Positions 59,534 through 64,000 of a stretch of 64,000 nt of DNA are shown one piece after another. The position numbers were made by a program, and so were the translations under genes. How positions within the stretch are numbered: position 1 is the first letter of the stretch; each line of letters opens with the position of its first letter. The DNA is from Candidatus Micrarchaeia archaeon (GTDB lineage: Archaea > Micrarchaeota > Micrarchaeia > Anstonellales > J096): positions 860 to 64,859 of the forward strand of contig JBGQMY010000004.1 in the NCBI GenBank assembly GCA_041500865.1, in the 5' to 3' direction. A model generated the notes under the pieces. It had not been told where the DNA came from. It saw only the letters and a program-made list of their open reading frames with translations, and did not search any database.

Positions 59534-61663
59534 CTACCTGGCCCCGCCGCCTCCTCCGCCGTGGCCGCCGCCCCCGAAACCGCCGCCGCCAAACCCGCCA
59601 TGGCCTCCGTGGGAAGGGGACATCGCCATCGCATGGGAGTTTACGGCATAAAAGCCGATTGCGGCGAACCGCGTTGTCCGGTTAAGGGAAAGGTATGCGG
59701 AATCCGACATCTCCTTGCCGTATTGCCTCATCTGGGATATCGCCTTTTCTGCAACGCCGAGCGCGGTCGCGTACACAAGCCAGTTTTTCCACATCAGGAT
59801 TTCCTCCTTGCCGTACTTCTGTATCATGCCGTAATTGGAAAGCAGGTTGGAGAATGCGTCCCATTTTTTCTTTTCTATTATCATTTCATGGGTGTATTTC
59901 CCGAAAAGGTATTCGCCGAACGCTATAATCATTACAAGCAACGCAGAAAGGAAGACCATCAGGGGAAGCATCACGTCCCATGAGTATGCGGAGGCTGCGC
60001 CACCGAAAAGCCATATTGAAGCAAGCAGCGAGCCTGAAACGAACGCCTTTGCTGCGTCGTAGCCCTTCTGGTCAAATGCCGATTCTGCGAGCCTTTTTGC
60101 GCAAGTCCCGGTGTTTTTGGCATTTGGGTAGTCGGAAACCTTGCTGAAGTCAGATGCGAAAACTGCGGCAAGGGACCTGTTTGCAGTAAGGTTGGGCTTC
60201 ACGGCCTGCGCATCAAATACGCACTGGCCGTTCTGGCTTTTTGTGCCATATGAAGAAAGTAGGTTAACGACGTTGGTTTCATACTCGTCAAGGGCCTGGC
60301 CTTCCGGGACGCCATTGTAGATTATCTTGTTTTCGCTTTCTATCTTGATTATGCCCCTTGACTCAAGGTCCATCAGCGTTGCATAAAGCGCGTTGCTGTC
60401 CATCCTGTCAGGGGTCCCGACAAACAAAAGGTTGACTTCCCACGGTTTCCGTTTCTCATTGGGTACGGTGTGCAGCGTGTCTATGTCAAAAGGCACAGCG
60501 TCCTCCTTGCCGAACCTTTCATACAATAGGAAAAGGGCTGCTATGAAGCCAATTGCGAGCAATGACAGGACTATTATCCTGTAGTCAAAAACCGCCTTGT
60601 CCAGCGAGGCCGCAAGCCTGGTCCTGTCAAAATCCGGCTTTATGGCGTAATTGACGTCCTTGTAGCTGGAAAGGTAGCCTGGATTGGAAAGAAGAGCCCT
60701 GACGCTGAACGGCACCTGCGGGCCCATTGCACCCATCTCAACCGAATTGCCGGATATGCTGCCATACGGATATGTAAACAGCTCCTGTATCGCGGATTTT
60801 GACGTGTTGTTGATAAACGTCACGCGCATCCTGTCCACATTCAGGCCGAAGGCATCTGATATGACGTAGTTCGGGTCAGCGAAATCGGTGCCTTTTTCAT
60901 AAGGCCTTGATATGGAATAGGCAAACCTTACGTCGTAATCCCCGGCAGGTATGCCATTGTCGTCCCTGCATACGTATTCCACATAATCGCCATAGTCGTT
61001 CTGGATGAAACGGAAGCCGTAGGGGCATGACTCGGACTGGAGCGAGACTGCGGACTGGCTGTCCTTGTTTACAGATATGTAAAGCTCGTGGAATTGCCCG
61101 CCGCCTGACACGGCGTAATGCAGCGTCCTGTCTATAATAATTGAGTCATCATAAAGGGAAACTGTCACGTCCTGGAATGATACCGAGACGCCCCCTGATA
61201 CGGCGCCAATGGCCTGTTTCGCTAAGTATGTGCCGCCAAGGGCAAGCAGGACGACAATGACTATCACTGCAAAGACCTTTGCCTCGCTCGTTTCCCTGTT
61301 AAGGAAGGAGGAGTGGAGTTTTGACTGCATTATCCCTCCGATGAAAACGACCGCAAGGAATGCCCAATACTCCGGAGGGACTATGGCAATCAGCCCTGAA
61401 AAGAGCAGAACCATGAACAATGCCGCTATGGCGCCTATTGCCCAGCCGATGATCTTGAGCGAAGACAGGTTGCAGTATGCGAAAAATCCGGCTGTTATGA
61501 AGGCCAGCTTGAGCAGGACTGAGAAAAGGCCGTATGAGGAAAAAATGAAGTCAATGGCCAAGGAGGATACGGCAACGAAGCCTATGAACAAAACAAGGAG
61601 GATTGCCTCAAGAAGCCAGTTTGTCTCAGGCTTCAGGGGCAAAAAAACCACGTCTTCTGCCAT
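59534..61663 (-). CDS. DUF2207-family membrane protein with extra N-terminal TM helices and a Gly-rich C-terminus
   Basis: The C-terminal GGHGGFGGGGFGGGGHGGGGGGAR and internal TM clusters are typical of DUF2207, which usually pairs with LemA. ATG 61663 was chosen; TTG 61684 is the alternative. Confidence 0.7.
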   Translation of the reverse strand: MAEDVVFLPLKPETNWLLEAILLVLFIGFVAVSSLAIDFIFSSYGLFSVLLKLAFITAGFFAYCNLSSLKIIGWAIGAIAALFMVLLFSGLIAIVPPEYWAFLAVVFIGGIMQSKLHSSFLNRETSEAKVFAVIVIVVLLALGGTYLAKQAIGAVSGGVSVSFQDVTVSLYDDSIIIDRTLHYAVSGGGQFHELYISVNKDSQSAVSLQSESCPYGFRFIQNDYGDYVEYVCRDDNGIPAGDYDVRFAYSISRPYEKGTDFADPNYVISDAFGLNVDRMRVTFINNTSKSAIQELFTYPYGSISGNSVEMGAMGPQVPFSVRALLSNPGYLSSYKDVNYAIKPDFDRTRLAASLDKAVFDYRIIVLSLLAIGFIAALFLLYERFGKEDAVPFDIDTLHTVPNEKRKPWEVNLLFVGTPDRMDSNALYATLMDLESRGIIKIESENKIIYNGVPEGQALDEYETNVVNLLSSYGTKSQNGQCVFDAQAVKPNLTANRSLAAVFASDFSKVSDYPNAKNTGTCAKRLAESAFDQKGYDAAKAFVSGSLLASIWLFGGAASAYSWDVMLPLMVFLSALLVMIIAFGEYLFGKYTHEMIIEKKKWDAFSNLLSNYGMIQKYGKEEILMWKNWLVYATALGVAEKAISQMRQYGKEMSDSAYLSLNRTTRFAAIGFYAVNSHAMAMSPSHGGHGGFGGGGFGGGGHGGGGGGAR

Positions 61664-61676
61664 GCAGGTCAGATGC

Positions 61677-62252
61677 CTATTCAAACACTGTCGTGTCCAC
61701 CCTGCCCTTTATCTCGGCCTCAAACTCAAGATAGCCCCTTTTGGCAAAGCCGAGCACCATTGCGTAGATGTTGGTCGGGAACTGCTCTACCGTGATGTTG
61801 TACTTCTGGACCTGGTCGTTGTAGAGGTAGCGGATGCGCGCAATCTCGTCCTCTATGTCCTTTACGGAGTGCTGGAGCTCAATGACGGTTTCGTTCCCCT
61901 TTAACACCGGATAGTTCTCAACAGCAACGTTTATGGCCCCAAGGATGGATTTTGCGAAGGCGTCGGCCTGCTGCGCCTGCTCAGGCGTCGTGAACTTCAT
62001 TGACCTGTACTTGGTTATCTGCTCAAACGTGGACTTTTCGAACTTCAGGTAGCTTTTTGCAGACTGCACCAGCTCGTACAGCATGTCAAACCTCTTTTTC
62101 ATTGCCACGTTTATCTGGTTGAACGTGCCCTCTATGCCGTTTTTCATGGCAACCAGCCTGTTGTATATCGGTATCGCCGAAAGGACGACAAGGATGACAA
62201 CGATAATCGCTACTGCAACTATTGCAAGCAATGCCAGTGTAAATATGTCCAT
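61677..62252 (-). CDS. lemA: LemA family protein
   Basis: Start set at MDIFTLALLAIVAVAIIVVILVVL. The sequence continues IPIYNRLVAMKNGIEGTFNQINVAMKKRFDM...ENYPVLKGNE...RYLYNDQVQKYN. The ORF-track extension runs through the divergent promoter. Confidence 0.85.
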   Translation of the reverse strand: MDIFTLALLAIVAVAIIVVILVVLSAIPIYNRLVAMKNGIEGTFNQINVAMKKRFDMLYELVQSAKSYLKFEKSTFEQITKYRSMKFTTPEQAQQADAFAKSILGAINVAVENYPVLKGNETVIELQHSVKDIEDEIARIRYLYNDQVQKYNITVEQFPTNIYAMVLGFAKRGYLEFEAEIKGRVDTTVFE

Positions 62253-62308
62253 GCGCGGATATTGCGTTGATGCATTTAAAAATCTAATGGCGATTGCGTG
62301 GAATGGCA

Positions 62309-62337
62309 TTTTAAACTGTTTTTTGCATAATGGAGCT
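62309..62337 (+). promoter_or_regulatory. ankyrin-family promoter (TTTTAAACTGTTTTTTGCATAATGGAGCT)
   Basis: The TATA box starts 29 nt upstream of ATG 62338. It is close to the cassette at 19916. Confidence 0.6.
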
Positions 62338-62937
62338 ATGCAGAAAAGTAAGCGGCTCCCAAGGAATGCACAGGCAAAGGAACCGATTAAGTTCAAGGCT
62401 AGCATCATGCCAAGCGGGAAGCTGGCATTATCGGCAGAAGAGCAGAGTAGACTCAACGATGAGCTTTTTGCCAACGCATTAAATGGTAACAATGCCAATG
62501 TGACGCGGTTCCTCAAAGCAGGCGCAGACATCAAAGCAAAGGGCAATGATGGCCAGACAGTCCTGCACTATGCCGCATGCTTTGGACACACGGACGTTTG
62601 CGCACTGCTTATACAGGAATACGCAAAAGCCGACGGAGATGTAAAGCAGCTTATAACCGCAAAGGACACGGAAGGCCTGACAGTCCTGCATTATGCCGCA
62701 GCCAATATCGACACCAGAACCTGCGCACTGCTGATAAAGGAATACGCAAAAGCAGGTGGGGATATAAAGGGAATAATCAAAGCAAAGAACAATGCAGGCG
62801 AGACAGCCCATGGTTTTGCCGTAACTTGGCAACACCCTCAAACCGCACGGTTCCTTCTCGAATCCGGGGTTCGTGCGCTCATCGGAAAGGAATGCGGGAA
62901 ACTATTCGTCTCGTTGTTCAGGGAATGCATAGGCTAG
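62338..62937 (+). CDS. ankyrin-repeat protein, member k (41-residue EYAKAGGD-type repeats)
   Basis: It has GQTVLHYAACFGHTDVCALLIQEYAKADGDVKQLITAKDTEGLTVLHYAAANIDTRTCALLIKEYAKAGGD and the tail LFVSLFRECIG. Start moved to MQKSKR. Confidence 0.85.
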   Translation: MQKSKRLPRNAQAKEPIKFKASIMPSGKLALSAEEQSRLNDELFANALNGNNANVTRFLKAGADIKAKGNDGQTVLHYAACFGHTDVCALLIQEYAKADGDVKQLITAKDTEGLTVLHYAAANIDTRTCALLIKEYAKAGGDIKGIIKAKNNAGETAHGFAVTWQHPQTARFLLESGVRALIGKECGKLFVSLFRECIG

Positions 62938-62988
62938 CGCCACAGCGGCACCTAAAGGGTTTTAAAGAGTTTGAAGGGATGCCAACAT

Positions 62989-63861
62989 ATGCCAAAGCTT
63001 ATCGACAAGCTAATCTCAATAGGGCGGCTTACGAGGTTCGAGCACGGCATAATGCTGTCAATCGCCGTTTTCATCGGGTTCCTGCTAATCGGGGTTTCTG
63101 ACGTCTCGCTTTCGCTTTTCCTCAACACCATGCTGGTGCCTTTCCTGATAGAGATGGGCGTGTTCTCCCTAAACGACGTGCTGGACATTGAAACTGACAA
63201 AATAAACAACAGGACAGACAGGCCCCTGGTCACCGGAAGCATAAGCGAGAAGGAGGCAAAAACCATATCCGGTGCCTGCCTTGTGCTTGGCATACTGGCC
63301 TCTTCTTTCATAAACAGCGAGGCCCTGCTGATAACCACGGTTTTCGCTGCATTCGGCATAATCTACAACTACAAAATGAAGGACATACCGCTGCTGGGCA
63401 ACATGTTCATTGGCACGACGATGGGCATACCGTTCGTGTTCGCAGAGGTCGCATTCAGCGGCGGAATCACGGCAAAGTCGATGTACCTGTTCTGCGTGGC
63501 CTTTGTCATAGGGTTCGCCCGCGAAATAGTGAAAAGCGTGGAGGACTACAAAGGAGACATGGCTGCAAGGGGCTCAAGGACGCTTCCGGTCCTCATCGGC
63601 CCGAAAAAGAGCATGATGCTGGCCGGCCTGATATTCATGCTGTTCGTCCCGATATCCTATTTCTTCCTGATAAGCGTGTTCCAGCAGATAAGGATGATTG
63701 CCCTCATACCGCTCACGTTCGCCTATCTTATAATAGTGTATGCGCTGCTGGAATGCCTTTTCTGCACAGGGGAGTGCAGGAGCGAGGCTGCCACAATAAA
63801 GAAGCTCACGCTATTTGCCATGGCGATAGGCCTGCTGGCAATGATAATATCATACCTTTGA
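62989..63861 (+). CDS. UbiA-family prenyltransferase, probably digeranylgeranylglyceryl phosphate synthase
   Basis: It is polytopic and carries NDVLDIETDKINNRTDRPLVTG (NDxxDxxxD). The ATG lies 29 nt after TTTTAAAG. Confidence 0.75.
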   Translation: MPKLIDKLISIGRLTRFEHGIMLSIAVFIGFLLIGVSDVSLSLFLNTMLVPFLIEMGVFSLNDVLDIETDKINNRTDRPLVTGSISEKEAKTISGACLVLGILASSFINSEALLITTVFAAFGIIYNYKMKDIPLLGNMFIGTTMGIPFVFAEVAFSGGITAKSMYLFCVAFVIGFAREIVKSVEDYKGDMAARGSRTLPVLIGPKKSMMLAGLIFMLFVPISYFFLISVFQQIRMIALIPLTFAYLIIVYALLECLFCTGECRSEAATIKKLTLFAMAIGLLAMIISYL

Positions 63862-64000
63862 GGCCTGCCCAAAAATCTTTAACATTGCATCGGGCTTCGC
63901 CTTTGCCGCGATGCCGTAGCCCAGGTCAAAAAGCGAAATCGTGAGCAGAGGGCGCCAGTCCCACAGCAACAGCGCTATGAACAGGCTTCCGATTATCATC

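Noticed and set aside
59534-59640. GC-rich CCGCCGCC-type simple repeats, considered as a tandem repeat or array.
   Set aside because: They encode the Gly-rich C-terminus (GGHGGFGGGGFGGGGHGGGGGG) characteristic of DUF2207 proteins. This is a coding low-complexity region, not a DNA repeat element.
63850-64000. A short minus-strand hydrophobic ORF (...MIIGSLFIALLLWDWRPLLTISLFDLGYGIAAKAKPDAMLKIFGQASKV) at the right edge, overlapping the ubiA 3' end by 12 nt.
   Set aside because: It is under 50 codons within the window, runs off the edge and has no recognisable motif. There is not enough evidence to call a gene.
1-64000. A search for CRISPR arrays, rRNA genes, transposases/integrases and additional tRNAs or C/D sRNAs.
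   Set aside because: I saw no regularly spaced 25-40 nt direct repeats, no rRNA-like conserved blocks, and no DDE, tyrosine or serine recombinase motifs in any long ORF. Scanning all TGATGA/TCATCA occurrences gave no second C/D arrangement with correctly spaced CTGA boxes. Manual scanning could miss divergent elements.

Overview
This is an archaeal chromosomal segment. The evidence is eS4, eL32 and eL19 r-proteins, aSUI1, RNase P Rpp29, Spt5, Sec61-gamma, a box C/D sRNA and TATA-box promoters. By eye (not computed), GC is about 50-55% in the housekeeping backbone, with patches of about 35-43%. The backbone contains a complete main ribosomal-protein operon (uL3 to uL15, then SecY, AdkA and a DUF106 insertase). 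It also contains ftsZ-secE-spt5, ppsA, DAHP synthase plus aroB, inositol-1-phosphate synthase, SufS plus an IscU-like scaffold, a DGGGP-synthase-like UbiA, a plant-type DapB and tRNA-Thr(UGU). First genes of transcription units are mostly leaderless, with a TATA box 29-31 nt upstream of the ATG. Internal operon genes carry GAGGTGA-type SD sites, and I used this rule to correct many ORF-track starts. Two genes missing from the ORF track were found by hand: secE (25211-25378) and a textbook box C/D sRNA (46894-46951). The most unusual content is a family of 11 ankyrin-repeat genes covering about 6.2 kb (about 10% of the window). Eight of them sit in one tandem array directly upstream of the r-protein operon. 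Most share a leaderless promoter cassette with a conserved CTTTGCCGCACAAT box, a basic N-terminus, partly non-canonical 41-residue repeats, and a conserved extreme C-terminal tail GK..F..F..F.EC[IV][AGS] with an invariant near-terminal Cys. The second candidate is a low-GC accessory island (about 5.7-14.6 kb). It holds a MazF-type TA pair, signal-anchored orphan proteins, a 755-aa HExxH protein, an SLT-like (lytic transglycosylase-like) secreted protein, duplicated promoters and an abrupt AT-rich cassette that crosses a gene boundary. This island lies next to a T4P/T2SS-type ATPase-DUF192 operon. Other oddities are a 10-TM tandem AAA+ ATPase coupled to an M17 aminopeptidase, a small basic two-repeat protein upstream of ftsZ, a coiled-coil/small/KaiC-like trio, and a 0.5-kb AT-rich convergent spacer. 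No CRISPR array, rRNA, integrase or transposase was seen. All family assignments rest on motif recognition by eye, and no database search was run.
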